Below are positions 38,398 to 49,139 of a stretch of 63,473 nt of DNA, one piece after another. Under the pieces are notes generated by a model. That model worked only from the letters and a program-made list of their open reading frames with translations, searched no databases and was not told where the DNA came from. The stretch is taken from assembly GCA_016839815.1 (NCBI GenBank), contig JAEOTM010000171.1, forward strand, positions 1 through 63,473. The letters are read 5' to 3'. How positions within the stretch are numbered: the first letter of the stretch is position 1; each line of letters begins with the position of its first letter. Made by a program: the position numbers and the translations under genes. The DNA comes from Candidatus Hodarchaeota archaeon. GTDB lineage: Archaea > Asgardarchaeota > Heimdallarchaeia > Hodarchaeales > Hodarchaeaceae.

Positions 38398-39132
38398 ATG
38401 TTACGAGATGCTAGAAGATTTGATCTTTCAGGAAAATCCGTTGTACGAGCGAAGTTCGAAGGAAATAGGTTTGAACTAATAGTCAATCCCGAACTTGCCT
38501 TAAAATACAAGATGGGTCTCCTTGATGAATCAACCACGATTGGAGACATACTCGAAGTAGATGAGATTTTTGAAAATGCTAGTAAGGGCGAACGAGCATC
38601 TGAAGAAATTTTGGATCATTGTTTTCAAACGACCAATTTTAATGAAATAGTAGAAAAAATCCTGATTAAAGGAGAGCTAAACTTAACAGCAGAGCAAAGA
38701 CAAGAATTTTTTGAGAAAAAGAGGAAACAGATAGTAAATTTACTTGCCAAAACCTGTATTAATCCTAAAACAAGAATTCCTCATCCCCCATTACGATTAG
38801 AAAATGCAATGAAAGAAGCTAAAGTAATGGTTGATCCATCGAAGTCGGCAGAAGAGCAAGTAAAAACAATTATTGTCGAACTTCGAAAAGTAATTCCAAT
38901 TAGTATGGAAACCGTGAAACTTGCCGTTCAAATACCACCTGAATACACTGGAAAGGCATATGGTGAAATTAAACGTAAAGGACAAATTGAGAAGGATGAA
39001 TGGCAGAAAGATGGTTCTTGGATTGCAGTTGTGAGTGTAGCAGCAGGAGTACAAGGGGAGTTTATGGAGATGGTTCAAGGAATGACTAAGGGTCGTTCTG
39101 AAATTAAAGTCCTTGAAAGAATTAGATTATGA
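38398..39132 (+). CDS. Ribosome maturation factor SBDS/Sdo1
   Basis: FE..V.P, IF.NASKGERAS, IL.KGEL.LTAEQR, INP.T..PHPP.R.E.A, W..DGSW. Confidence 0.94.
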   Translation: MLRDARRFDLSGKSVVRAKFEGNRFELIVNPELALKYKMGLLDESTTIGDILEVDEIFENASKGERASEEILDHCFQTTNFNEIVEKILIKGELNLTAEQRQEFFEKKRKQIVNLLAKTCINPKTRIPHPPLRLENAMKEAKVMVDPSKSAEEQVKTIIVELRKVIPISMETVKLAVQIPPEYTGKAYGEIKRKGQIEKDEWQKDGSWIAVVSVAAGVQGEFMEMVQGMTKGRSEIKVLERIRL

Positions 39133-39148
39133 TAATAAAGTGATAAAA

Positions 39149-39856
39149 ATGACAATTTTAGTAAGTAAAAACCAGCTGGTTGTACCAGGTGAAGTCCTCG
39201 CACGTGGATCTGGAGTCAATGTTGCGGGTGGAGTATATCGGAAAAAAAACAAGGGAGAAACAGAAATTATAGCCTCTATGATTGGATTAGTAAAAATACG
39301 GAAAGATAGCGTTGGTGTCGTTCCTTTAGAAGGCTGTTATATCCCTTTAGAGGGAGATATTATTATTGGGAAAATTGTAAAAGTGGGGATAACCTCATGG
39401 AACGTTGATATACGTGGTCCTTATGTAGGTGCGCTCAGAGTGAATAGTGTTCTAGATAGGGATTTTGATTCTCTTAGAGAAAGCCTTGAGCAAGTTTTGA
39501 ATTATGGAGATGTAATAAAAGCTCAGATTACATATTTTGATCGAACTAGAGACCCTGTCCTTACAATGCAAGGACGAGGACTTCGAAAATTGACCCATGG
39601 GAGATTGATCGAAGTCGATCCAGTAAAAATACCACGAATAATTGGTAAGAAAGGTAGTATGATTCAATTATTAAAAAATATGACCAATGCTCAGATTATC
39701 GTTGGTCAAAATGGACGTATTGTAGTTTCTGCTAATTCTGTGGAGAAAGAAAATTTGGTGATTCGCGCCATTCGCAAGATTGAGGCCGAAGCTCATACGA
39801 GTGGACTTACGGATAGAATTCGTGCTTATTTAGATGCTGAAAAAGCGAAGTTATGA
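39149..39856 (+). CDS. rrp4: Exosome RNA-binding subunit Rrp4
   Basis: VVPGE, PLEG.Y.P..GD..IG, S1 domain, KH P.KIPRIIGKKGSM, VGQNG, EAHTSGLTDRI. Confidence 0.95.
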   Translation: MTILVSKNQLVVPGEVLARGSGVNVAGGVYRKKNKGETEIIASMIGLVKIRKDSVGVVPLEGCYIPLEGDIIIGKIVKVGITSWNVDIRGPYVGALRVNSVLDRDFDSLRESLEQVLNYGDVIKAQITYFDRTRDPVLTMQGRGLRKLTHGRLIEVDPVKIPRIIGKKGSMIQLLKNMTNAQIIVGQNGRIVVSANSVEKENLVIRAIRKIEAEAHTSGLTDRIRAYLDAEKAKL

Positions 39857-39872
39857 TAAAGGTTGATATTAG

Positions 39873-40628
39873 ATGACACAAGAAAAAACATCTCTCCTTT
39901 TAGATGATGGACGACGTTTAGATGGAAGAGAACTTCATGAATTACGTCCAATTACTATGCGAAGTAGTGTTTTGGACAGAGCAGATGGAAGTTGTTATCT
40001 CACATGGGGTAATAATAAAATAATTTGTGCAGTATACGGCCCTAGGGAATTGCACCCAAAACATTTGGCAAAACCCGATCGTGCAATTGTCCGTGTTGAA
40101 TATCGGTTGGCTACATTTTCTGTTAACGAGCGGAAAAGTCCTGCACCAAGACGTAGAGAATATGAATTAAGTAAATTGATTAAAGAATCTTTAGATGCTG
40201 TTTTATTCTTAGAAAAGTTTCCAAATGGCACCATTGATGTTTTCATCACTGTATTAGATGCAGATGGAGGCACACGATGTGCCGCATTAACCGCAGCATC
40301 AATAGCACTTGCCGATGCAGGGATTCCGATGAAAGGATTCGTAACAGGATGTGCTGTGGGTAAAGTCGCCGATAAAATGGTTGTAGATTTGTCAGATGTC
40401 GAAGATAAGGATGGACAAGGTGATATGCCAGTAGCTATGAACTACAATACTGGAGAAATCACTTTACTTCAATGTGATGGTGAATTCACAGCTGATGAAG
40501 TCAAAGAAGGATTATCACTAGCAATTCAAGCAATAGGTGATGTTTACAAAATGCAAAAAGAGGCGATATTGGCCAAATACACCCAAATCGAGGGTGCTAT
40601 AGAAGATTTCGGAGAAGAAGAGGAATAG
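39873..40628 (+). CDS. rrp41: Exosome exoribonuclease Rrp41
   Basis: RLDGR...ELRPI, ADGS, VYGPRE.HP, FSV.ERK, DGGTR.A, ALADAGIPM. Confidence 0.95.
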   Translation: MTQEKTSLLLDDGRRLDGRELHELRPITMRSSVLDRADGSCYLTWGNNKIICAVYGPRELHPKHLAKPDRAIVRVEYRLATFSVNERKSPAPRRREYELSKLIKESLDAVLFLEKFPNGTIDVFITVLDADGGTRCAALTAASIALADAGIPMKGFVTGCAVGKVADKMVVDLSDVEDKDGQGDMPVAMNYNTGEITLLQCDGEFTADEVKEGLSLAIQAIGDVYKMQKEAILAKYTQIEGAIEDFGEEEE

Positions 40629-40639
40629 GTGAAGATCTC

Positions 40640-41494
40640 ATGCGTTCAGAAGCAATAATTGGTGTTTTAGAAAAGCAATACGTGACTAAGTTACTTGAAA
40701 AAGGAAAAAGAGTTGATGGGAGAAAGTTATTAGAAAGTAGACCTATACAAATCGTGCCAAATGTGATTAAAAAGGCAGAAGGATCTGCAATGGTTAAATG
40801 GGGAGAGACTGTAATCCTAGCTGGAGTGAAGGCACAACTTGGTTCTCCGTTTCCTGATACTCCAAATGACGGAGTTATTACTGTAAATGCAGAAGTTTCA
40901 CCAATCTCATCACCAACTAATGAAAGTGGTCCTCCAGGCCCCCGTGCCGTTGAGTTAGCCCGTGTTGTCGATCGTGGTATTCGTGAAAGTAAGGTAATAC
41001 CTATGAAGGATCCTAAACTCTGTGTAATTCCCGGAAAAAAAGTTTGGATACTTTTTGTTGATGTGTACATTCTCGATGATGGTGGAAACTTATTTGATGC
41101 TGCAGCTCTTGGTGCTATGGCAGCTATTGCAAATACACGACTGAAAAAAGTCATAATTGATGAAGATCTTGAAGAAGTAACACTTTCGGAAGAAACTGAA
41201 CCACTTCCAAGAAATGGGTCAGTTGCAAGTCTTACTTTTGCAAAAATAAATGATACAATTGTGTACGATCCCAATCTCCTAGAGGATATGGGAAAAGATG
41301 CACGCTTCTCTCTGGCTATGACTGACAAAGGGATAATTTGTTCGATGCAGAAAGGAGAGGCAGGAATGTTCAGCGAGGAAGAATTTCATAAGATCTTAGA
41401 TCAAAGCTCTTCGTTAGTAGCGCCACTGCTTAAAAAGATTGAAGAAAGTTCTCAATTCCCTGAAATGAACGAGATGTACAAATTTGATTTTTAA
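40640..41494 (+). CDS. rrp42: Exosome subunit Rrp42
   Basis: R.DGR....R, KAEGSA, PFPDTP..G, GPP...A.ELARVVDRGIRES, DP...E, QK. Confidence 0.95.
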   Translation: MRSEAIIGVLEKQYVTKLLEKGKRVDGRKLLESRPIQIVPNVIKKAEGSAMVKWGETVILAGVKAQLGSPFPDTPNDGVITVNAEVSPISSPTNESGPPGPRAVELARVVDRGIRESKVIPMKDPKLCVIPGKKVWILFVDVYILDDGGNLFDAAALGAMAAIANTRLKKVIIDEDLEEVTLSEETEPLPRNGSVASLTFAKINDTIVYDPNLLEDMGKDARFSLAMTDKGIICSMQKGEAGMFSEEEFHKILDQSSSLVAPLLKKIEESSQFPEMNEMYKFDF

Positions 41495-41544
41495 CCCTCA
41501 AAAGGTAAAAAACAGACACTTAAAACAGGAAATTTGGTGGTAAA

Positions 41545-41820
41545 ATGGGTCGAACTAAGAAAGTAGGTTCAACTGGACGTTTCGGTACTCGCTATGGAGC
41601 TACTATTCGTAAACGAGTTAAGAAAATTGAACAAGACTCAAAGAGATTTCATAATTGTCCCTCTTGCGATTCCCTGAAAGTTAAACGAGTATCTATCGGA
41701 ATTTGGGAATGCAAATTCTGTGGATTCAGATTTACAGGTGGATCATGGGCTCCAGAAACCCCCGGAGGAAAAATCGCTCAGAGAACAGCGAAACGTCTAG
41801 CCACACAAACTGATTCCTAA
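41545..41820 (+). CDS. rpl37ae: Ribosomal protein eL43 (L37ae)
   Basis: RTKKVG..GRFG.RYG...RK, CP.C, GIW.C..C. Confidence 0.96.
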   Translation: MGRTKKVGSTGRFGTRYGATIRKRVKKIEQDSKRFHNCPSCDSLKVKRVSIGIWECKFCGFRFTGGSWAPETPGGKIAQRTAKRLATQTDS

Positions 41821-41863
41821 GTAAACCCCGTTTTTCGTGAGAATTTCAATGAAATGAGGTATT

Positions 41864-42436
41864 ATGGCTGAAATTGAGAGGGGAATTACTTCTAATTTAC
41901 TGATAACCACATCCCATAATCCTTCTCACTTTCTTCGCCGTGTATGTAAATTACTCTCTTTTTCCCTTCCTGCATCCCAGCGAATTAATAGAGGATCATT
42001 GAGTCTTAAGGAAATTCGAAATTATTGTTGGAATATTGGTATCCATAAACTCTTGATTGTTAAGGGTTCCAAGAAGAATGATTCTGTTTCTCTTAGTTGT
42101 TATGATTTTCGACGTTCAACTCAGCTGATTAATATTGAAGTAACTTTGATGGATTTCAATTTCCCTAAAAAAGGAGATAAAGATACAAGAATTGAAAGCA
42201 AAATTAATGTAATCGAATTTCCTCCAAAACTTCCAGTTTCGCTAAAAGAGGCCGTTCTCAAATTTATAAATCCTTTAAATGACTCTACAATGAAGAAAAT
42301 ATCGAAATCAAATGTTTTGATTAGAATTAATAGTTTCTCTGACGGAAAACTTCAAGGTCAAGTAATTAATACTAATCTTAATAGGAAAATTCCTCTCTAT
42401 TCATTCTATGCCAGCCAGATTCATGAGGTGATCTAA
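41864..42436 (+). CDS. Brix-domain (Imp4-like) ribosome biogenesis protein
   Basis: LLITTS..PS..LR.....L......INRG..SL and the conserved position after L37ae. Confidence 0.8.
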   Translation: MAEIERGITSNLLITTSHNPSHFLRRVCKLLSFSLPASQRINRGSLSLKEIRNYCWNIGIHKLLIVKGSKKNDSVSLSCYDFRRSTQLINIEVTLMDFNFPKKGDKDTRIESKINVIEFPPKLPVSLKEAVLKFINPLNDSTMKKISKSNVLIRINSFSDGKLQGQVINTNLNRKIPLYSFYASQIHEVI

Positions 42437-42705
42437 TGAAAAACAGAGTCTCTATCAAAACCACAGTCCAGCTTGATTCACTAGATGAAGCTGATTTTAT
42501 GTATAATTCCTTAATTCCTGAAGTTAAAGATCATCATTTCGAAAGATCACAAATCTTAATGGAATTGGAAGGCTCTTCCCTCATTTTTACAGTTAACTCA
42601 CTGGATATCACTGCGGCAAAAGCGAACATTTCATCGGTACTTAGATGGATTTCTTTGGTAACTGAATTAATTCAGATTATCCCGGAGAAAATTGTAAATA
42701 CTTAA
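42436..42705 (+). CDS. pcc1: KEOPS complex subunit Pcc1
   Basis: SL.PE......RS, D.TA..A...S.LRWI and superoperon position. Confidence 0.85.
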   Translation: MKNRVSIKTTVQLDSLDEADFMYNSLIPEVKDHHFERSQILMELEGSSLIFTVNSLDITAAKANISSVLRWISLVTELIQIIPEKIVNT

Positions 42706-42739
42706 AATAAAACAACATAAATTAAGAGGAAAATGAAAA

Positions 42740-43084
42740 ATGGCACTCCCTGAACTCTCACCCGCTCAACAAGAACAGTTAGTAAGATATCGAACTCTCG
42801 AACAGAATATTCAGAATCTTCGGATTCAATTAACTGAAATTGATCGAGCTTTGTCAGAAATTGAGCTTACTAAAAAGGAGTTAGAGAAACTCGAAGGAGA
42901 AACACAAGTCTGGAAAGCTGTTGGAGGTGTAATGTTCCCAAAAAAAGCTCAAGATGTGTTAAATGAATTAAATGAGAAGGGCGAATTGCTTGAAATTCAG
43001 AAAAAGGGATTATCTTCGCAAGAGAAACAGAATGTTGAACGTTTTGAAGAATTACAGAAGAAATTAAGTCAGGATCTTGGATAA
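42740..43084 (+). CDS. pfdB: Prefoldin beta subunit
   Basis: Coiled coil-V[WY]KAVG hairpin-coiled coil, and superoperon position. Confidence 0.9.
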   Translation: MALPELSPAQQEQLVRYRTLEQNIQNLRIQLTEIDRALSEIELTKKELEKLEGETQVWKAVGGVMFPKKAQDVLNELNEKGELLEIQKKGLSSQEKQNVERFEELQKKLSQDLG

Positions 43085-43126
43085 TCAAACTTTACTAACT
43101 CATTTTCCCCGATTGATTAGGTCAGG

Positions 43127-43432
43127 TTGATTATTTTGTCTTCATTGAATCCTGATGACTTGCTTGAATATCTATACGAGGAAATTACAACATTTTTGGT
43201 TAAAGAAGCGGGGGAGGAATTAGGACATAATGAAATTGATATAACTTTAAAAAGTACAGAGAAGGGAGAAATAAATATTGAGATCAGTTTGGTCATTGAA
43301 CTGACAGCATTCTCTAATATTAATGCAGAAGAGCTTTCAAAAAAAGCAATTTCATACGCTGAAGTAATCGCAGATAAGCATTGTCCTCCTCTAGTAAAAT
43401 TACAGGTCTCGGAACGAAAAAATAGTCAATAG
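43127..43432 (+). CDS. DUF3194-like protein
   Basis: Small acidic alpha/beta protein in the conserved position after pfdB. Confidence 0.6.
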   Translation: MIILSSLNPDDLLEYLYEEITTFLVKEAGEELGHNEIDITLKSTEKGEINIEISLVIELTAFSNINAEELSKKAISYAEVIADKHCPPLVKLQVSERKNSQ

Positions 43433-43442
43433 TTGTCCTGGT

Positions 43443-44390
43443 ATGAGAAAATCTAATTGCTGTAGTAATCCTTCATATACGAAAGATCCTAAAACCAAGA
43501 AAATTCTTTGTCGTCAACATTTTATACAGCATTTTGAAAATCGGGTTAAAAAATCAGTTCTCAAATACAATATGCTTACTCAAGACGACCACATTGGACT
43601 TGGTTATTCTGGTGGTAAGGATAGTACGGCATTATTACATCTTTTATCGAAGGTTATTCTCAGTCAGCATTCTAACAACAAATTAACTGTGATCACTGTA
43701 GATGAGGGAATTGAGGGATATCGTGAGGGATTTTTGGAATTAACAGAGCGACTCAGTTCAAAATATGGGTTAAAACATGTTATTGTCTCGTTTTTTGATC
43801 TATATGGCGCAACTTTAGATGAAATTGTATATAAGAATTCCAAGAGCGGAAGTTCCTTATCTGCTTGTGCTTTATGTGGAATTTTACGAAGACGAGCGTT
43901 AAACTATGGGAGTCAGATTGCTAATGTGACAAAAATTGCTACTGCACATAATCTAGATGATGAGGCTCAATCGATTGTTATGAATCTCCTCCGTGGAGAT
44001 GCAGGAAAATTTAAAAGGATAACCAGATTCCCTAAAAAGAAGTTTCCTTCCTTAATTCCTCGAATTCGTCCCCTTGTTAAAGTTTCTGAACCAGAAATAG
44101 TGCTTTACGCCCATGCAAACAGTCTAGAATATCATTCAGTCCCGTGTCCTTACTCTTCCAGTGCTATGCGGAATGATATTAGGCGATTCCTTTCGGAGAT
44201 GGAGAAGAAACGACCAAGTACGTTGATAAATATCGTAAATGTACATGATTCATTATCCCAATATTTTACCTCTTCAGAAATCACTTCTACTACTTACTCA
44301 TGTGAGATCTGCAAAGAAGTGACTACTCAAAAGATTTGCACTGTTTGTAAATTACTGGACAGGTTAAACTTGAAAATAAGAATTATTTAG
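43443..44390 (+). CDS. tRNA 2-thiouridine synthetase NcsA/Ctu1 (TtuA family)
   Basis: PP-loop SGGKDS, VDEGI.GYR, C..CG..RR, T.HNLDDEAQS, CPY, C-terminal C..C/C..C. Confidence 0.9.
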   Translation: MRKSNCCSNPSYTKDPKTKKILCRQHFIQHFENRVKKSVLKYNMLTQDDHIGLGYSGGKDSTALLHLLSKVILSQHSNNKLTVITVDEGIEGYREGFLELTERLSSKYGLKHVIVSFFDLYGATLDEIVYKNSKSGSSLSACALCGILRRRALNYGSQIANVTKIATAHNLDDEAQSIVMNLLRGDAGKFKRITRFPKKKFPSLIPRIRPLVKVSEPEIVLYAHANSLEYHSVPCPYSSSAMRNDIRRFLSEMEKKRPSTLINIVNVHDSLSQYFTSSEITSTTYSCEICKEVTTQKICTVCKLLDRLNLKIRII

Positions 44391-44396
44391 TATTTC

Positions 44397-44669
44397 TCAA
44401 TCTTCTCCGACTGTAAGGAATTTATTCCCCTTCTTTATGCGTTTTATTACTCGTTGGTTTTTCTTTATAGTTTGAACATGAATTAATCCTTCAATTTCTA
44501 GTTTCATTAAGGCCTGATTTAATTCTCGATCAGAGAATTCTCCTACATCTGATTCGAGGAGACGGGTTAAATCATCTTCTAACAGAATACCTTCACGTCG
44601 TTCTACAATATTCATGATAGAAAATGTTAACGGAAAGGGCCGCCAGTACGGGTCTTTTGGTGATGCCAT
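44397..44669 (-). CDS. Small winged-helix protein downstream of cdc48
   Basis: S.RELNQALMKLEIEGLI.V wHTH pattern. Confidence 0.7.
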   Translation of the reverse strand: MASPKDPYWRPFPLTFSIMNIVERREGILLEDDLTRLLESDVGEFSDRELNQALMKLEIEGLIHVQTIKKNQRVIKRIKKGNKFLTVGED

Positions 44670-44815
44670 TAAAAGTCACTATACTCTGTCTAATGCTTCC
44701 TTTGAAATAAGTTTCGTAAATTTGTAACGAGTGGTTAAATTAATAAACTGGAGGGTTAATTTTTGAGTAATAAGGAATTATTATTTAACTATTCTATTGA
44801 ATGTGTTAATTTCTT

Positions 44816-47056
44816 TTAGCCAAAGAGAGGAATTGTCTGATGAGAATCCACACCTATTCGACGTCGGAATTGGGATTCTTGATCTTTGTACCATTTCATC
44901 ATGTCAGGTGTACATGAAGAATGTACAGTAGAAAGTGCTTGCTCAAAATGTCTCCATAATACAGTGTGAGCGTTCAAATTTTCACGTAAGGCCAGCATTC
45001 CAGCTTCTCGACAAATAGCTTCAAGATCGGCTCCTACATAAAATTCTGTTTCTTTTGCCAGACGATCTAAGTTAACATCTTCCCCTAATGGCATATCTCT
45101 TGTATGAATCTCTAAAATTTTCTTTCGACTATCTTCTTCAGGAGGTGGGATGTACACGACCCTATCGAAGCGACCTGGTCTAAGTAAAGCGGGATCAATC
45201 ATGTCAGGACGATTTGTAGCAGCTAGAACTGCGACATCACGTAATGGCTCAATCCCTGCAAGTTCAGTTAATAATTGACTAATTACACGTTCATTGGCCC
45301 CAGAAGAATCAGATGATCCACGTCGTGTTGCTACAGCGTCAATTTCATCAAAGAATATTAAAGCTGGGGCTGCAGTGCGCGCTTTTCGAAAAACTTCTCT
45401 AATCGCTTTTTCACTTTCTCCAACCCATTTTGAAATTAATTCAGGCCCCTTTACGCTAATAAAGTTTACTTGACTCTCCGTTGCTATTGCTTTGGCTAGT
45501 AATGTTTTCCCTGTACCTGGTGCTCCAAATAATAAGATCGCTCGTGGGGGATTAATTCCAATGCGTTCGAAATTTTTCTTCTGCTTGAAAGGCCATTCTA
45601 CAGTTTCAATGAGTTCTTGTTTTACCTTATCCATGCCTCCAATGTTAGTCCATCTTACATTGGGGACCTCAATAAACACTTCTCGGATAGCAGAGGGATG
45701 TATTTCTTTTAATGCATCTCCAAAATGACGATTTTCAACTTCTAAGTTATCAAGGACTGCGGGAGGAATAGTGTCCTCACTTAAATTAATATCGGGAAGG
45801 ATTTCACGTAATTTTTTCATGGCAGCTTCTCTACCTAGAGCAGCAAGATCTGCACCAACAAATCCATGTGTAATTACTGCTAACTTCTTGATATCAACTT
45901 TTTCGATTCCAGGCATACGTCTGGTATGAATTTGAAGGATTTCTAACCTTTCATTTTGATCAGGAACCCCAATTTCTATTTCTCTATCAAACCTGCCAGG
46001 CCTTCGGAGAGCAGGATCTACCGCATTGGGACGATTAGTAGCTCCAATGACAATTGTCTCTCCTCGACTTTCTAAACCATCCATAAGAGCTAGAATTTGA
46101 GCAACAACGCGTCTTTCCACTTCTCCCGTTACATCCTCTCTTTTAGGAGCAATAGCATCAATTTCGTCAATGAAGATAATACTTGGTGCATTGTCTTCAG
46201 CTTCCTTGAAAATGTCTCTTAGCCGAGCTTCACTCTCACCATAGAACTTAGACATGATTTCTGGTCCCTGTATTGGAATAAAATGTGCTTCAGATTCATT
46301 AGCAACTGCTTTCGCAATTAGAGTTTTTCCTGTTCCAGGAGGACCGTGTAGTAATACACCTTTCGGAGGATCAATTCCCAATTTCTTAAATAACTCTGGA
46401 TGTTTGAGAGGGAGTTCGACCATTTCACGAATTTTTTGAATTGCATCTGAAAGTCCTCCAATATCTTCATAACTTACCCCTGGCATACTGGTTTCTGCTT
46501 CAGAAATAGGTTTTTCTGAAACATTGAGTTTAGTGGTATCTGTGATAAGTACTATATCTGCTGGTGTAGTGGAATTAACTACAAACGGAATGGATCGACC
46601 TAATATTGGAATGAGGACTGTATCATTTTTTGAGACTGGGTACCCCAAGAGTTTTCTTTTTACAAACGCTTCGAATCCATAATCTAATGAAATCTGGCGA
46701 GTGGGTGCAATATTAACTGTTTTAGCGACTTTTATTTGGGCTTTCCGAATACGTACGTTTTCTTCTAAGGATACTTTTGCATTTCGTCTAATAATACCGT
46801 CCATACGGACTATTCCTGCTCCTTGATCTTCAATGTATGCGGGCCAAGCGATAGCACCTGTTTTTTGGCGGCCACGAATTTCAACAACGTCTCCAGTCGT
46901 GATTCCAATTTCCCTCATGTTGATATCATCCATTCGGATCTTTCCACGGCCTACATCCCGTTGTCTGGCTTCCGCTACCTTTAGTACTACTTCATTTGCC
47001 AAATTATTCCGCCAACTCATGGATTTGATATGAAATTGTATGTTAATCTTACTCAA
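44816..47056 (-). CDS. cdc48: Cdc48/p97/VAT AAA+ ATPase
   Basis: N domain (DVGRG..R, GD.VEI.G) and two AAA modules ([16 protein letters not shown]; RPGRFDR twice). Probable true start is the TTG at 47002. Confidence 0.96.
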   Translation of the reverse strand: MSKINIQFHIKSMSWRNNLANEVVLKVAEARQRDVGRGKIRMDDINMREIGITTGDVVEIRGRQKTGAIAWPAYIEDQGAGIVRMDGIIRRNAKVSLEENVRIRKAQIKVAKTVNIAPTRQISLDYGFEAFVKRKLLGYPVSKNDTVLIPILGRSIPFVVNSTTPADIVLITDTTKLNVSEKPISEAETSMPGVSYEDIGGLSDAIQKIREMVELPLKHPELFKKLGIDPPKGVLLHGPPGTGKTLIAKAVANESEAHFIPIQGPEIMSKFYGESEARLRDIFKEAEDNAPSIIFIDEIDAIAPKREDVTGEVERRVVAQILALMDGLESRGETIVIGATNRPNAVDPALRRPGRFDREIEIGVPDQNERLEILQIHTRRMPGIEKVDIKKLAVITHGFVGADLAALGREAAMKKLREILPDINLSEDTIPPAVLDNLEVENRHFGDALKEIHPSAIREVFIEVPNVRWTNIGGMDKVKQELIETVEWPFKQKKNFERIGINPPRAILLFGAPGTGKTLLAKAIATESQVNFISVKGPELISKWVGESEKAIREVFRKARTAAPALIFFDEIDAVATRRGSSDSSGANERVISQLLTELAGIEPLRDVAVLAATNRPDMIDPALLRPGRFDRVVYIPPPEEDSRKKILEIHTRDMPLGEDVNLDRLAKETEFYVGADLEAICREAGMLALRENLNAHTVLWRHFEQALSTVHSSCTPDMMKWYKDQESQFRRRIGVDSHQTIPLFG

Positions 47057-47180
47057 AATAATGATATTTAATATTAGTTTTCTTTTAGAGATTTGAATTT
47101 ATCGTACATAGAATTAACTTTTCCCCAATATCTTTCCCCTAACAACCCCATACAACTGAGAATCAAAAAAAATTGACGCT

Positions 47181-47468
47181 CTAGTAATCAATAATTGTTT
47201 GTAGTTCTATTTCACAATTATCTATTTCTTCTACATCTAGAAGTCTTTGTTCAAACGTCTGAAGAACTTCATTTCCTTCATCAGAATCGACTGTCTTTAC
47301 AAAGAGCTTCATTGCAACCAATCCAAAAAATAAAGGTTCTTCTTCATATTTCAATATTTCTATCTCCAATCCTTCAGTTAGTTCATTTTTCGCTTTAGAT
47401 AACAATTCTTCACGATTCGCCTCTGGAGAAGTGGGGATTACTTTTAATATGGATAACACATTTGACAT
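47181..47468 (-). CDS. Elongation factor 1-beta
   Basis: V...LKV.P.SPE, EEP.FFGL.A, and its position downstream of the Zn-ribbon gene. Confidence 0.9.
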   Translation of the reverse strand: MSNVLSILKVIPTSPEANREELLSKAKNELTEGLEIEILKYEEEPLFFGLVAMKLFVKTVDSDEGNEVLQTFEQRLLDVEEIDNCEIELQTIIDY

Positions 47469-47533
47469 GGTAGATCATCTTACAAGGTAAATCATTAAAT
47501 TACAGGATATTGTCGTTTATAATTATAATAAAA

Positions 47534-47716
47534 CTAAGGTCCCGAAAAACCACAATTGGGACAAATATAGCGATTTCCAAGCTTTCGACATCGTTCACAT
47601 CGGATGATAGGTATCATTCCGCATGATGGGCAGGGAAAACGAGCTGTTCCATGTTCACTTGGCATAACTGCAACTTGACAAGGATTACAACGTTGCATTT
47701 TAATGTTTTCACTCAT
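47534..47716 (-). CDS. Zn-finger protein DUF1610/HVO_2753 family
   Basis: C..C...F.CP.CG...I.RC.RCRK....Y.CP.CGF.GP. Confidence 0.92.
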   Translation of the reverse strand: MSENIKMQRCNPCQVAVMPSEHGTARFPCPSCGMIPIIRCERCRKLGNRYICPNCGFSGP

Positions 47717-48018
47717 TCCAGTAACCTCTTTGCCTATTTGCCTCGGATAAGAATGCGATAATAAAAGCTTCTCTTAGGTCTTGAGTCACACACTAAATTC
47801 AAAGAGATAAATCATAAAGAAAAATCTTCTTTCTTTCTCTTTTCCTTATAAATTTCTGTAATTACTCAAAGGAGTAAATGATCTTCTTTCTCACGAATAG
47901 AAAGACTATTGGAAGTACTTGTCACATTTCAGGTGCACTAAATCTAACACTCAATCTCTGGATCAATTTTGGGTTTTTATAAGTAAAACCTTAACTGTCA
48001 TGATAGTTATTTTGAGAG

Positions 48019-48447
48019 GTGAAAGAATTGGCTACTTTTGATAATATGACATTAGGAGATAATAATGGATATCCTGTTATGGAACAGGTTCAAAAAATTA
48101 TTGATGGACTGGGAACGGTAAAAGGAGTAAAAAAAGTTCTATTGGTAACAGAGGAAGGTTTTCCTATTCTGTCAGCAAGGACCTTACCAATGTCAGATGA
48201 AGTAGAGACAGTCGTATCTGCAATGGTCGCAGGAATTGTCAGTACATTTTCCAGTGCATGTATTCAATTAAATTTAGGAGATCAGGTTGATTTTATTCAT
48301 GTTCAAACTCCGATAGGTCTTGGTATTATTTCAAAAGTGCAGAGTACTATTCTTGTGCTTATCACAGACTCAAATGTGAAGCTAGGTTTAATGCACTACT
48401 TGGTTAGTTCCACTAAAATGAAACTTTTAAAAACTCGAGAATTTTGA
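48019..48447 (+). CDS. Roadblock/LC7 (MglB-like) domain protein
   Basis: GV..VLLVT.EGFPI.S, VSAM.A, LVLIT....KLGL. The start may be the ATG at 48046 or 48079. Confidence 0.88.
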   Translation: MKELATFDNMTLGDNNGYPVMEQVQKIIDGLGTVKGVKKVLLVTEEGFPILSARTLPMSDEVETVVSAMVAGIVSTFSSACIQLNLGDQVDFIHVQTPIGLGIISKVQSTILVLITDSNVKLGLMHYLVSSTKMKLLKTREF

Positions 48448-48604
48448 ATTGCTTAGAGAGGAAAAAGACGTTCTAATTTGAATATTTAAAAAATTTTTTT
48501 TTCAATCAGTAAAAGTCATCCTTTTATTAACGAATATTCTAGAGACTCCAAATAACATACTTATACTTTTAATGTTATAATTTGTCTTATTTGGTGAGTT
48601 TACA

Positions 48605-49063
48605 TTGTCTTTAGATGAATCCCAATTACAGTTATTTCCAGTCCCTTGTACAACAGGTATGGAACCGATGTGTATACTAGATCCTGATCATCCGTGTTGT
48701 GAAAAAATTAAGCGAGAAACTGTTGAATTTAAGAATGGAATACTAATAAAGCAAGGGAATTCTGCAATTGTATCACTTAAATTATCGTTTAATGATCCTG
48801 TTGAGGAGTTTATATTTGATCGAATACGTAATGAATTATGGCGAAATCCCGGGAGCCATGTCAAAGTAATTCGAAGTCCAGAAGAAGGTTTTCAGATCTC
48901 ATTTTTCTTGACATTAGATATGGTTAAATCAGAAGAACAACGAAGAAAATTAGTTGCTTATTGGGATGATTTTGCTATCAATATACGTCAAGTTCTGACT
49001 GATGGAAAAATGGCAGTAAATAAGTTTGTACGAAGTAGAACCACAAGTTTGAGGCTGGATTAA
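48605..49063 (+). CDS. ARPC4-like protein (Arp2/3 complex p20 subunit homologue)
   Basis: By-eye alignment to ARPC4: NSAIVSL~NSVRVSI, DPVEE~DEIEK, R.PEEGFQISFFLT~RKPVEGYDISFLIT, KLV....F~KLVDF..HF, KMAVN..VR~KLSVN.RAR. Confidence 0.78.
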   Translation: MSLDESQLQLFPVPCTTGMEPMCILDPDHPCCEKIKRETVEFKNGILIKQGNSAIVSLKLSFNDPVEEFIFDRIRNELWRNPGSHVKVIRSPEEGFQISFFLTLDMVKSEEQRRKLVAYWDDFAINIRQVLTDGKMAVNKFVRSRTTSLRLD

Positions 49064-49139
49064 TCCCGATTTAAACCTCATTAAAAATGTAAATTACTTT
49101 TGTGTTGGAAAAAAAAGAAGGGAAGGATTTCCTCTAAGA

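Noticed and set aside
40597-41328. 243-aa minus-strand ORF
   Set aside because: Antisense shadow of the well-conserved rrp42. The same applies to the other short opposite-strand or alternate-frame ORFs inside dnaG, lonB, cdc48, ftsZ and the large surface protein.
37613-43432. Proteasome-exosome superoperon as a novelty
   Set aside because: Well-known conserved archaeal gene order; only the usual upstream rpl15e/RNase P protein genes are absent here.
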